Shown here piece by piece: positions 42,468-51,726 of a stretch of 64,000 nt of DNA; the first letter of the stretch is position 1, and each line of letters starts with the position of its first letter. Source of the stretch: Alphaproteobacteria bacterium (GTDB lineage: Bacteria; Pseudomonadota; Alphaproteobacteria; Micropepsales; Micropepsaceae); assembly GCA_017308475.1 (NCBI GenBank), contig JAFKEU010000004.1, positions 643,226-707,225 of the forward strand, written 5' to 3'. The position numbers and the translations under genes were made by a program. Below the pieces are notes generated by a model. The model had not been told where the DNA came from, made no database searches, and was given only the letters and a program-made list of their open reading frames with translations.

Positions 42468-43614
42468 GCCCATGTCCAGGATGCTCGCCATCATCGCCGC
42501 CGTCTGCCTGACCCTCAGCGCCGCCACGCTGGGCCTTGCCTATGTCATCGGCGGCGAAGCGGTGTTTCACGATCCCCGGTCGCTGGAGGGCATCCGCCCC
42601 CTGATCGACCTTGCCACCCACAAGGAATGGCACTGGGCCGGCGGCGACAGCCTGGCGGTGAACGCCCCGGTCAACCTGCGCTATGAACCCCATGCCCTGC
42701 CCGAGGGGGCAAAACCCAACATCACCGTCACCGGCCCCGCCGGCATGGTCGAGCATGTCCAGTTCGCCGACGGGCGCATTGCCACCGACAGCGTTATCGC
42801 CAGAAAGCCGGGCGAAAAACTGCAGGCCGTGGTCAGCGGCGTGCCGATCCGCAAATTCGTGGTCAATGGCCGCGAGACGCTGGAACTGGGCCATGTCGAT
42901 CAGGACAGCCTGGACATTCACGTCAACGGCCAAGGCTCTGTGCGCGGCGACGGCAAGGTCGGCAAGCTGACGGTGGTGGTGAACGGATCGGGCGAGGCCG
43001 ATCTGGGCGCGCTGATCGCCCAGGCTGCCAAGGTCGCCATTCTGGGCAGCGGCACCGCCATCGTGGCGCCCCGCGTGTCGCTGGAGGCGCTGATCGCGGG
43101 CAGCGGCCATATCGGGCTGACGGTCAAACCCAAATCGATCCGGCGCAGCATCATCGGATCGGGCGAGATCGACGAGGAAGGCGCGCCCGAACCGCCGGCC
43201 CGGCCCGCGCCGCCGCCGCCGGAAGGACCCGCGCCGCCGCCTCAGCCGCCCTTCGAGCCCGGTGCGCACGCCATCGCGGGCAACACCGTGACCATAACCG
43301 GCAACCAGGATGTGAATCTGGGCCGCGTCGAACAGGATGAACTGACCATCAATGTCGTGAGCCAGGCCGTCGTCACCGCCACCGGCCGGGTGAAACGGCT
43401 GAAAGTCTCGCTCGCCGGATCCGGCGAGGCCAGGCTCGGCGGTCTTCAGACCGGCGACGCCAATGTGTCCATCGCCGGCAGCGGCGACGTCACCATCGCG
43501 CCCAGCGGCGACGTCCGGGTCAACATCATGGGTTCGGGCGACCTGCACCTTGCGACGCATCCCAGATCCATCACGCGGTCGATTGTCGGTTCGGGCCGGG
43601 TGATCGAACCATAG
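42457..43614 (+). CDS. Membrane-anchored protein with two DUF2807/GIN domains separated by a Pro-rich linker
   Basis: Anchor MSRMLAIIAAVCLTLSAATLGLAYV (alternative start at 42472). GSG-periodic beta-helix repeats lie on both sides of PEPPARPAPPPPEGPAPPPQPP. Confidence 0.75.
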   Translation: MRTRPMSRMLAIIAAVCLTLSAATLGLAYVIGGEAVFHDPRSLEGIRPLIDLATHKEWHWAGGDSLAVNAPVNLRYEPHALPEGAKPNITVTGPAGMVEHVQFADGRIATDSVIARKPGEKLQAVVSGVPIRKFVVNGRETLELGHVDQDSLDIHVNGQGSVRGDGKVGKLTVVVNGSGEADLGALIAQAAKVAILGSGTAIVAPRVSLEALIAGSGHIGLTVKPKSIRRSIIGSGEIDEEGAPEPPARPAPPPPEGPAPPPQPPFEPGAHAIAGNTVTITGNQDVNLGRVEQDELTINVVSQAVVTATGRVKRLKVSLAGSGEARLGGLQTGDANVSIAGSGDVTIAPSGDVRVNIMGSGDLHLATHPRSITRSIVGSGRVIEP

Positions 43615-43626
43615 CGGCAACGGAAA

Positions 43627-44019
43627 TCAGGACGCCCTGGACGGCAGCTTGCGCCGGGCCGCGCGGCGCGGCGCGGCATCGGCCTGCACCAGCGCGGCGA
43701 GCGCCTTCAAATCCGCCTCGGCCGCCTGGGCAGCGCGGCTTTCGATCCTGCGATAGGTCTTCAGCAGAAGCATGCCCAGCTCGGTCAGCTGCGCACCCCC
43801 GCCGCTGGTGCCGCCGACCTCGGTCGTCACCACCGCGCCGTTGAAGGTCTTCTGCATCTCCTGGATCAGAAGCCAGGCCTTGCGATAGCTCATGTCCATC
43901 GCGGCCGCGGCCTTGCGGATCGAGCCCAGCCGGCCGACTTCTTCCAGCAGGCGAACCATGCCGGGCCCCAGCGAGCTTCCGGAGGGTTCGAAATCGATGC
44001 GGATGGAAAGCGGGGACAT
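43627..44019 (-). CDS. ModE N-terminal-domain-like HTH regulator lacking Mop (molybdate-binding) domains
   Basis: GSIRKAAAAMDMSYRKAWLLIQEMQ....VGGTSGGGAQLTELG parallels the E. coli ModE N-domain (ISYKSAWDAINEMN...GGKGGGGAVLT). At 130 aa there is no di-Mop C-terminus. Confidence 0.75.
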   Translation of the reverse strand: MSPLSIRIDFEPSGSSLGPGMVRLLEEVGRLGSIRKAAAAMDMSYRKAWLLIQEMQKTFNGAVVTTEVGGTSGGGAQLTELGMLLLKTYRRIESRAAQAAEADLKALAALVQADAAPRRAARRKLPSRAS

Positions 44020-44167
44020 TGCGGAAAGAATGGCGAAGACACTGTAAGCCGTCCAGCAAAACCGCCCGAAATCCGCCGTTGTGTACGGGCGCATATAACG
44101 TATTCGTCTTGAAGCGGCAATTTTTCAGCCGCAGACTGCGCGCCGCACCAAAAACAGGGAGAGGGTC

Positions 44168-44620
44168 ATGATGCGTCTTCAGGTCAATGGCGAGGAACGC
44201 GTCATCGGCGATGACGTGACACCCGACACGCCGCTTCTTTGGGTATTGCGCGACAATCTGGGGCTGGTCGGCGCCAAATATGGCTGCGGCATCGGTTCGT
44301 GCGGCGCCTGCACGGTGCATGTCGACGGCAAGGCGGTGCGTTCCTGCACGCTGCCGGTTTCCCAGGTCGCGGGAAAGCCGGTGACCACGATCGAGGGCCT
44401 CGCCAGGGACGGCAAGCTGCATCCGCTGCAGGTGGCCTGGATCGAGAATGACGTGCCGCAGTGCGGCTATTGCCAGGCCGGCCAGATCATGAATGCCGCG
44501 GCCATGCTCAAGGACAAGCCCAAGCCCACCGACGCCGACATTCGCGGCGCCATGACCGGCAACATCTGCCGCTGCGGCTGCTATGTCCGCATCCATTCCG
44601 CCATCCTTGAATCCGTCTGA
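44168..44620 (+). CDS. [2Fe-2S]-binding small subunit of a xanthine-oxidase-family molybdoenzyme (IorA/aldehyde oxidoreductase type)
   Basis: Two Fe-S cluster motifs are present: [11 protein letters not shown] and [10 protein letters not shown]...CRCGCY. Confidence 0.9.
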   Translation: MMRLQVNGEERVIGDDVTPDTPLLWVLRDNLGLVGAKYGCGIGSCGACTVHVDGKAVRSCTLPVSQVAGKPVTTIEGLARDGKLHPLQVAWIENDVPQCGYCQAGQIMNAAAMLKDKPKPTDADIRGAMTGNICRCGCYVRIHSAILESV

Positions 44621-44636
44621 TCGGGGAGGGAACACG

Positions 44637-46910
44637 ATGAACACGCACACAAAGCTGAATTTCGCGGCCTCGGATGCCTATACCGCCCAACTGATCAATG
44701 ACGTCGAACGCCTGCCCGCCGACACCGCCCTCAAACTGGGCCGGCGCGGATTCCTGAAGCTCGGCGCCGGAGCCGGCGCGGGGCTTGTGCTGGCCTTCGC
44801 GCTGCCATCGGGCAGGGCCGAGGCCGCCGAGGGCAATCCCCGGCTGATCAACGCCTTTGTCCGCATCACGCCGGAAAACAGGGTGATCGTCTATTCCAAG
44901 GGCCCGGAAATCGGCCAGGGTATCAAGACCGCATTCGGCCTGATCATCGCCGAGGAGCTGGATGCCGACTGGAAGACGGTCGAGGTCGACCAGGCCCAGG
45001 TCAATTCCAAACTCTATGGCTATCAGGGCGCGGGCGGCTCCACGTCCATCCCGCGGGCCTGGGATCAGCTGCGCCAGGCCGGCGCCGGCGCCAAGGCAAT
45101 GCTGGTCGCCGCCGCCGCCAAGGAATGGAACGTGCCCGCCGGCGAGGTCGTGGCCCAGGATTCCATGCTGACCCACAAGGCCAGCGGCAAGTCCGGGACC
45201 TATGGCCAGTTCGCGTCGGCCGCGTCCAAGATGCCGGTGCCGGAGCCTGCCTCGCTCAAGCTGAAGAAGACCAGCGAATACCGCCTTCTGGGCAAGCGCC
45301 ACACCGGCGTCGACAACCACAAAGTGGTCACCGGCCAGCCGCTGTTCGGCATCGACGTACAGATGCCCGGCATGGTCTATGCCACCTACACCAAGTGCCC
45401 GGCGGTCGGCGGCAAGGTGACGAGCTTCAACGAAGCCGATATCCGCAAAATGCCCGGCGTGATCGATGTCTTCGCGCTGGAAGGCACGGGTCTTCCGGTC
45501 GAGGTGATGCCGGGCGTCGCCATCGTCGCCAACAGCACCTGGAACGCCTTCAAGGCCAAGGATGCGCTGAAGGTGACCTGGGACGAGAGCCAGGCCTCCA
45601 AGGATTCCCTGACGGCCGCCGATGCCAAGGCCAAGGAAATCGCCAGGACCTTCCCGGCCAAGACCGACGCCAATGTCGGCAATGTCGATGCCGCCTTCGC
45701 CAAGGCGCCGCACGTGGTGGAAGCCTATTACGATTACGCTTTCGTCTCGCACACGCCGCTGGAGCCGATGAACACCACGGCCCACTGGCATGACGGCATC
45801 CTGGAAATGTGGGTTCCTACCCAGCAGGCGAACCGCGGCCAGACCATGGTGGCCGAGATGGTGGGCCTGCCTGAAGACAATGTCGTCGTCCACCAGACGC
45901 GCTGCGGCGGCGGCTTTGGCCGGCGGCTGATGAATGACTACATGATGGAAGCGGCCGCCATCGCCCAGAAGGTGAGGGCGCCGGTCAAGCTGCAATGGAA
46001 GCGCGAGGACGATTTCGCCCACGACTTCTTCCGCCCCGGCGGCTATCACCAGCTGAAGGGCGCCGTCGACAGCGGCGGCAAGCTGGACGCCTGGCAGGAG
46101 CACTTCATCACCTTTACCGCCGACGGCAGCAAGGAAGTGTCGGGCGGCAATTATTCCGCCAACCTTCCGCACACCACCCTGGCGCCGAATGTGCGCCGGG
46201 CCACTTCCATGATGCCGCTGATGACGCCGACCGGCCCGTGGCGGGGCCCGCGCGACAATGCCCAGGTCTTCGTCAACCAGAGCTTCATGCATGAGCTGGC
46301 GGTGGCGTCGAACCGGGACTTCGTCCAGTTCCTGCTGGATGTCGTGGCGCGCGACGTGCCGGAACTGCGGGTGCCCGATGGCCCCAACATCAACTTCAAC
46401 AAGGACCGCGCCGCCGGCGTCATCAAGCTGTGCGCCGAGAAAGCGGGCTGGGGCAGGAAGCGTCCCAAGGGCACGGGGCTGGGCCTGGCCTGGGCCTTCT
46501 CCTATGGCGGCCACATTGCCGAAGCCGTCGAACTCAGCGTCGACGACAAGAAGCACATCACGGTGCACAAGATCATCGTGGTGGCCGATGTCGGCCCGGT
46601 GGTCAACATGTCCAGCGCCGAGAATCAGGCGGAAGGCGGGGCGATCGATGGCCTGTCCACCGCCATGGGGCTTGATATCGGGGTGGAGAATGGGCGCGTC
46701 CAGCAGGCCAACTTCAACTCCTATCCCGTACTGCGCATCCGCAGCGCCCCGCTGGTGGAGGCACATTTCATCCAGTCCGACTTCCGGCCGACGGGCCTGG
46801 GCGAGCCGGCGGTGCCGCCGCTGGCCGGCGCGCTGGGCAATGCCATCTTCGACGCGTCGGGTGTGCGCGTGCGCACCATGCCGCTGAAGAGACTGGGCTA
46901 TACCATCTGA
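44637..46910 (+). CDS. Molybdopterin-binding large subunit (IorB-type) with Tat leader
   Basis: Tat motif GRRGFLKLGAGAGAGLVLAFALP. Aldehyde oxidase/xanthine dehydrogenase a/b-hammerhead-like and Moco-binding regions (RCGGGFGRR). ATG at 44637 is preceded by GGGGAGGG. Confidence 0.9.
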   Translation: MNTHTKLNFAASDAYTAQLINDVERLPADTALKLGRRGFLKLGAGAGAGLVLAFALPSGRAEAAEGNPRLINAFVRITPENRVIVYSKGPEIGQGIKTAFGLIIAEELDADWKTVEVDQAQVNSKLYGYQGAGGSTSIPRAWDQLRQAGAGAKAMLVAAAAKEWNVPAGEVVAQDSMLTHKASGKSGTYGQFASAASKMPVPEPASLKLKKTSEYRLLGKRHTGVDNHKVVTGQPLFGIDVQMPGMVYATYTKCPAVGGKVTSFNEADIRKMPGVIDVFALEGTGLPVEVMPGVAIVANSTWNAFKAKDALKVTWDESQASKDSLTAADAKAKEIARTFPAKTDANVGNVDAAFAKAPHVVEAYYDYAFVSHTPLEPMNTTAHWHDGILEMWVPTQQANRGQTMVAEMVGLPEDNVVVHQTRCGGGFGRRLMNDYMMEAAAIAQKVRAPVKLQWKREDDFAHDFFRPGGYHQLKGAVDSGGKLDAWQEHFITFTADGSKEVSGGNYSANLPHTTLAPNVRRATSMMPLMTPTGPWRGPRDNAQVFVNQSFMHELAVASNRDFVQFLLDVVARDVPELRVPDGPNINFNKDRAAGVIKLCAEKAGWGRKRPKGTGLGLAWAFSYGGHIAEAVELSVDDKKHITVHKIIVVADVGPVVNMSSAENQAEGGAIDGLSTAMGLDIGVENGRVQQANFNSYPVLRIRSAPLVEAHFIQSDFRPTGLGEPAVPPLAGALGNAIFDASGVRVRTMPLKRLGYTI

Positions 46911-46913
46911 CGC

Positions 46914-47912
46914 TTACACGGCATGGGCCTTGACCAGGGCCCATGCCGGTTTGCCCTCGGCCAGAGCCAGTTCGCTGCGTGCTTCTTCGGTGATGCGCGA
47001 CAGGATGGGGCCTGCACCCGTCGCCAGTTCCACCATCAGGCTTCCGCCATCCTCCCGCGCAATGCCTGCAACCGTGCCGGCAAGGACATTGCGGGCCGAT
47101 ATGGAACGCGGCGCTTCGGCCGACAGCAGGACATGATCGGCCCGGAGCCACAGGAAGCGCGCGCCATCGTGACCGGCACTGCGCAGGCGCTGCGCCGGCA
47201 CTGCGCTGCCGTGATCGTGCCGGTCCAGCAGCGCCTGAAAGGCGGCGCAGGCCGAGGCGGCGGCGAATTCGCCCGCCGCCGCGACCCGGCCGTCCTTCAG
47301 CGCGACCAGGTGCGAGCCCAGCGCGGCGGCGTCGTCGATGTCATGCGTCACCACCAGCATGGGCAGGGAAAAGCGCCGCTGCATGTCCAGGAGCACCCTG
47401 ATGAATCCGCGCCGCCGAACCCCATCCAGCGCCGCAAAGGGTTCGTCCAGCAGCAGGAAGTCCGGTGCGCTGGCGACGGCGCGGGCCAGCGCCACACGGC
47501 TTTTCTCGCCGCCGGACAGTCTTTCCACCGGCCGGTCGAGCCGGCCCGCGATGTCGAAGAAGCCCGCGACATCGTCGATGGCCGGGCGCGTCGCCGGCGG
47601 CGCGCGCTTCCACGCATAGGCGATGTTCTGCCGCGCGGTCAGATGCGGAAACAGGCGCGCGTCCTGGAAGACCAGGCCCAGCCCGCGCCGGTGCGCCGGC
47701 ACATGGGCGGCACCGTCATCCAGCACGCGCGAACCAAGCGCGATGCGCCCGCTGTCCGGCCGCTTAAGGCCCGCCAGCATGGACAGAAGCGTCGACTTGC
47801 CCGCGCCGGAAGGCCCGAACAGCACGGTAATGCCGTCTCCCGGCGCGGTGATATCCGCCTCCAGCGTAAAACCACCCTGGGTCAGGCCAACCCTGGCCGA
47901 AAGATTGTTCAT
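46914..47912 (-). CDS. modC: Molybdate ABC transporter ATP-binding protein
   Basis: Walker A GPSGAGKST, signature LSGGEKSRVA, Walker B FLLLDEP, and a C-terminal Mop/TOBE-like domain. ATGA overlap with modB (47909-47912). Confidence 0.9.
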   Translation of the reverse strand: MNNLSARVGLTQGGFTLEADITAPGDGITVLFGPSGAGKSTLLSMLAGLKRPDSGRIALGSRVLDDGAAHVPAHRRGLGLVFQDARLFPHLTARQNIAYAWKRAPPATRPAIDDVAGFFDIAGRLDRPVERLSGGEKSRVALARAVASAPDFLLLDEPFAALDGVRRRGFIRVLLDMQRRFSLPMLVVTHDIDDAAALGSHLVALKDGRVAAAGEFAAASACAAFQALLDRHDHGSAVPAQRLRSAGHDGARFLWLRADHVLLSAEAPRSISARNVLAGTVAGIAREDGGSLMVELATGAGPILSRITEEARSELALAEGKPAWALVKAHAV

Positions 47913-48592
47913 CCGGCGTGCCGTCTTGTGGACCAGCGTTGCAACAGTCCCGCAAGCGCCAGGCCCGCCAGCGCCAGAAGGATCGACAGGGTGGCCAGGC
48001 GCATCGCCTCTGCTTCGCCGCCCGGCTGCTGCAGCACCGCATAGATCGCCAGCGGCAGGGTCTGGGTCTGGCCCGGAATGTTGGCGGCAAATGTGATCAC
48101 CGCGCCGAACTCGCCCAGCGCCGCCGCGAAGGCCGTCACCGTTCCCGCCAGGATGCCCGGTCCCGCCAGCGGCAGGGCGATGGAGACGAAGCGGTCCCAC
48201 GGCCCCGCGCGCAGCATGGCCGCCGCCTCGAACAGCCGGCGATCGGTGGCCTCGAACGCCAGGCGCACGCTGCGGACGAACAGCGGAAAGGCCATCACCG
48301 CCGTCGCCAGCGCCGCGCCATTGCGGGTAAAAGGCAAATGGATGCCCAGCCCGGCCAGCCAGCCGCCCAGGAGGCCGCCCCGCCCAAGCAACATCAGCAG
48401 CAGAAAGCCCACCAGCACGGGCGGCAGGATCAGGGGCAGATGCGCCAGCCCGTCCAGCACCAGCTTGCCGGGAAGATTGGGCCGCGAAAGGACCCAGGCG
48501 GCGCCCACCGCGAAAGGCAGCGACCACAATATGGCGCGCGTCGCCACGGCGAAGCTGGTTGAGAGAATCTCGATCTCCGCCCCGGAAATCAT
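47909..48592 (-). CDS. modB: Molybdate ABC transporter permease
   Basis: 227 aa with five or six TM segments and an EAA-like loop (FEAAAMLRAGPWDRF). Positioned between moeA and modC. Confidence 0.9.
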   Translation of the reverse strand: MISGAEIEILSTSFAVATRAILWSLPFAVGAAWVLSRPNLPGKLVLDGLAHLPLILPPVLVGFLLLMLLGRGGLLGGWLAGLGIHLPFTRNGAALATAVMAFPLFVRSVRLAFEATDRRLFEAAAMLRAGPWDRFVSIALPLAGPGILAGTVTAFAAALGEFGAVITFAANIPGQTQTLPLAIYAVLQQPGGEAEAMRLATLSILLALAGLALAGLLQRWSTRRHAG

Positions 48593-48593
48593 G

Positions 48594-49793
48594 TCAGCAC
48601 GTCCACGTCAGCGAATCCAGCGGCAGCACATCGACCATCGCGCCTTCCACCAGTGCAGGTGCATTGGCAGGCAGACGAACCAGCGCATTGGCGGCAGCGA
48701 ACACCGACAGAAGCGATGAATCCTGGTTCTCGAATGTGCGTGCCGCATAATGGCCGTCGCCGGCCAGCTTCAGTTCGCCGCGCAGATAATGTTCGCGCGC
48801 ACCGTTTGCCGGCAAATCGTGGAGAAGGCGCGCCCGCACCATCGGTACCGCGCCTTCGCCGCCCAGCATCCCGTCGATCAGCGGCTTCAGGAACAGATGC
48901 GCGCAGACCAGTGCCGAAGCGGGATTGCCCGGAAGGCCCAGGACCGGTCCATCCGGCGTCACGCCGAACCATACCGGCTTGCCGGGCCTGACCGCCACGC
49001 TGGCCAGGGCGAGCACCAGCCCCAGCCGCTCCAGCGCCGGGCGCGCATGATCGTGATCGCCAACCGAGGCACCGCCCACCACCACCAGAAGATCGCTCTG
49101 CGAAAGCCCGCGCGCGGCGGCGGCGGCGATCGCGCCGGCGTCGTCGCGCGCAATGGCCAGCCGCTGGACCTTGGCGCCCCATCCGCGTGCCAGGGCGGCG
49201 ATGCCGTAAGTGGTGCTGTCAAAGACCTGCCAGGGGCCGGCAGCGTGGCCCGGCATCGCCAATTCGTCGCCGCTGGACAGAAGCGCGACGCGCGGACAGC
49301 GGCGGACAAGAAGATCGCCGCGCCCTGCCGCTGCCGCCAGCGCCAGTGCCACGCCGTCCAGCCGCCGTCCCGGTTCCAGCAACACGGTGCCGGCGCGGAA
49401 ATCGCCGCCGCGCCGGCGGATATTGATGCCGGGCGGCGTGGCCGGAACGGTGACGCGATCCCCGTCGCGGGCGACATTTTCCTGGATCACCACCGTGTCG
49501 GCACCGTCCGGCACCGCGGCACCGGTGGAGACGCGCACCGCGGCGCCGGGCGCAAGCGTGCCTTCAAAACCATGACCAGCCGCAGATTCTCCTGCCAGCA
49601 CCAACGTGCCCGGCGCATCGGCACCGCGGAGGGCATATCCGTCCATGGACGAGACATCGAAGGGCGGGCAGTCGCACATGGCGGCGATGTTTTCCGCCAG
49701 GGTCCGGCCCAGCGCCGCTTCCAAGGGAACGCTTTCATGTGCCATCGGCGCCATCGCAGCCAGCATGGCGGCGCGCGCAGCTTCCACCGCCAT
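48594..49793 (-). CDS. moeA: Molybdopterin molybdenumtransferase
   Basis: 399 aa from the ATG at 49793. MoeA motifs are present (PPFDVSSMDGYA, GAAVRVSTGAAVPDGADTVV, VVGGASVGDHD). The upstream part of the 707-aa ORF is antisense to modA and is discounted. Confidence 0.9.
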   Translation of the reverse strand: MAVEAARAAMLAAMAPMAHESVPLEAALGRTLAENIAAMCDCPPFDVSSMDGYALRGADAPGTLVLAGESAAGHGFEGTLAPGAAVRVSTGAAVPDGADTVVIQENVARDGDRVTVPATPPGINIRRRGGDFRAGTVLLEPGRRLDGVALALAAAAGRGDLLVRRCPRVALLSSGDELAMPGHAAGPWQVFDSTTYGIAALARGWGAKVQRLAIARDDAGAIAAAAARGLSQSDLLVVVGGASVGDHDHARPALERLGLVLALASVAVRPGKPVWFGVTPDGPVLGLPGNPASALVCAHLFLKPLIDGMLGGEGAVPMVRARLLHDLPANGAREHYLRGELKLAGDGHYAARTFENQDSSLLSVFAAANALVRLPANAPALVEGAMVDVLPLDSLTWTC

Positions 49794-49889
49794 CAGATGG
49801 ATCTGCGGCTTGGCTTGGCCTTCACCCTGTGCCACGTTATTCTCCGGCGTATCGAACGCTGCCCCAACGCTAGGCCCCGAGGCCATCGC

Positions 49890-50672
49890 TTGTCCACCAA
49901 TCCCCTTGGCATTGGCCGCCGCACCCTGTTGGCCCTGCTGCTGCTTGCATTGCCGGCGGGGCCCGGCCTGGCCAAGGGCCGGACCGTCACGGTCTTCGCC
50001 GCAGCTTCGATGACCGACGCGCTGAAACGCGCCGCCGCCGCATGGCAGAGCCAAAGCGGCGACACCGTGGTCTTGTCCTTCGGCGCCTCCTCCACCCTGG
50101 CGCGCCAGATCGACCAGGGCGCGCGGGCCGACATGTTCCTGTCCGCCGACACCGACTGGATGGACTTTCTGGAAAAACATGCGCGGCTGGCACCGGACAC
50201 GCGCGCCGATCTTCTGGGCAACAGGCTGGTTCTGATCGCCGCGCCCGGCACGGGCGCGGTGCCTGCCATCAGGCCCGGCTTCGATCTGGCGAGAGCGCTG
50301 CATGGCGGGCGGCTGGCGCTGGCCGATCCCGCATCGGTCCCCGCGGGCAGATATGCCAGGGCGGCACTGACGTCGCTTCATGTGTGGAAGAAGCTCGCCC
50401 CGCATCTGGCACCCGCCGAGAATGTGCGCGTCGCCCTGGAATATGTCGCGCGGGGGGAGGCGCCGCTGGGCATCGTCTACGCCACCGATGCGAAAGTGCA
50501 GCCCACCGTGCGGATCGTGGGCACCTTTCCGGCAGGCAGCCACCCGCCCATCATCTATCCGGTAGCGCTGACCAAAGATGCCGCGCCCGCCGCGCGCCGG
50601 TTCCTGGATTTCCTGAGGGGCGAACGGGCGGCAGCCATCTTCCGCGCCGCGGGCTTCACGACAAAACCCTAG
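49890..50672 (+). CDS. modA: Molybdate-binding periplasmic protein
   Basis: A signal-like [19 protein letters not shown] is followed by [39 protein letters not shown], typical of ModA. No ATG is available; TTG at 49890 is the proposed start and is uncertain. Confidence 0.85.
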   Translation: MSTNPLGIGRRTLLALLLLALPAGPGLAKGRTVTVFAAASMTDALKRAAAAWQSQSGDTVVLSFGASSTLARQIDQGARADMFLSADTDWMDFLEKHARLAPDTRADLLGNRLVLIAAPGTGAVPAIRPGFDLARALHGGRLALADPASVPAGRYARAALTSLHVWKKLAPHLAPAENVRVALEYVARGEAPLGIVYATDAKVQPTVRIVGTFPAGSHPPIIYPVALTKDAAPAARRFLDFLRGERAAAIFRAAGFTTKP

Positions 50673-51157
50673 CGGGACCAGTCGCCCGACACACCACCGC
50701 TTTTTGCGGTCAGGCATATGCCTTCGATCACCATGCCCCGGTCGGCGGCTTTCAGCATGTCATAGATTGTCAGGCACGCCACCGACACGGCAGTCAGCGC
50801 CTCCATCTCCACGCCCGTCTGGCCGTTGGTCTTCGCCCGCGCGGTCACGGTCAGCGCGCCGGCGGCTTCGTCGGCGACGATCCGGACCTTGATGCTGGTC
50901 AGCGGGATCGGATGGCACAAGGGAATCAGCTCGGCGGTTCGCTTGGCCGCCATGATGCCGGCGATTTCGGCGGCGGCGGTGACGCTGCCCTTCTTCGCGT
51001 TGCCGCCGAGCGCCAGCGCCAGCGTATGCGGCTCCATGCGAACACGCCCTTCGGCCACCGCCTCGCGCCGGGTGACGGGCTTTTCGCCCACATCGACCAT
51101 GCGCGCGGCGCCGGCTGCATCCAGGTGGGTCAACTTGGCGGACATTTTTCCGGGCAT
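50669..51157 (-). CDS. moaC: Cyclic pyranopterin monophosphate synthase accessory protein
   Basis: [47 protein letters not shown] and [18 protein letters not shown] are canonical MoaC motifs. ATGA overlap with moaB at 51157. Confidence 0.9.
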   Translation of the reverse strand: MPGKMSAKLTHLDAAGAARMVDVGEKPVTRREAVAEGRVRMEPHTLALALGGNAKKGSVTAAAEIAGIMAAKRTAELIPLCHPIPLTSIKVRIVADEAAGALTVTARAKTNGQTGVEMEALTAVSVACLTIYDMLKAADRGMVIEGICLTAKSGGVSGDWSR

Positions 51158-51726
51158 CAGCGTTCCCGGAATCGCGGCGTCAATTCCGCCAGGTTGCAGG
51201 GCTTGTGGCGGGCGTCGAGCTGGATGCGGATCAACCTGTCCCAGCCGTCCTTGCACGCGCCATTCGAGCCCGGCAGGCAGAAGATCAGCGTGCCGCCGGC
51301 CAGCCCGGCGCATGCGCGGCTCTGCATGGTGGAAAGACCCACACTCTCAAAACTGATCATGTGCCAGACCACCTCGAATCCTTCGATGGCCTTGTCGAAC
51401 AGGGGACGCACTGCTTCGGGCGTCACATCGCGCCCGGTCAGGCCGGTGCCGCCGGTCGAGATGATGACCTCCACCTCCGGATCGGCGATCCATGCCTTCA
51501 CCCGGGCCTGGATGGCCGCGATGTCGTCGCGCACAAGGGCACGGTGCACCAGCACATGACCGTCGCGGGCGACGCGCTCGGCCAGCAGCCGGCCCGATGC
51601 GTCATCCTCCGGCGTGCGGGTGTCGGAGACGGTCAGGACCGCAATCCGCATGGGACGGAAATCGCGCGTTTCATCGATCCGTCCGCCGCCCGGCGCTTCC
51701 GGCAGGGCCGGCATGTGCCCTGTCAT
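51157..51726 (-). CDS. moaB: Molybdenum cofactor biosynthesis protein B
   Basis: Aligns by eye with E. coli MoaB ([57 protein letters not shown]). ATGA overlap with moaE (51723-51726). Confidence 0.9.
   Translation of the reverse strand: MTGHMPALPEAPGGGRIDETRDFRPMRIAVLTVSDTRTPEDDASGRLLAERVARDGHVLVHRALVRDDIAAIQARVKAWIADPEVEVIISTGGTGLTGRDVTPEAVRPLFDKAIEGFEVVWHMISFESVGLSTMQSRACAGLAGGTLIFCLPGSNGACKDGWDRLIRIQLDARHKPCNLAELTPRFRER

Noticed and set aside
44080-44100. ModE-type operator (CGCATATAACGTATTCG) between the ModE-N-like gene and iorA.
   Set aside because: It is only a partial, compressed resemblance to the TATAT-N7-TAYAT / CG.TATATA inverted-repeat consensus as I recall it. That is too weak to call without a matrix scan or binding data.
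48594-50717. 707-aa ORF extending moeA far upstream, and the 640-aa plus ORF 48750..50672 extending modA.
   Set aside because: Each extension is the antisense shadow of the other gene. The conserved MoeA and ModA sequences start at 49793 and about 49890 respectively.
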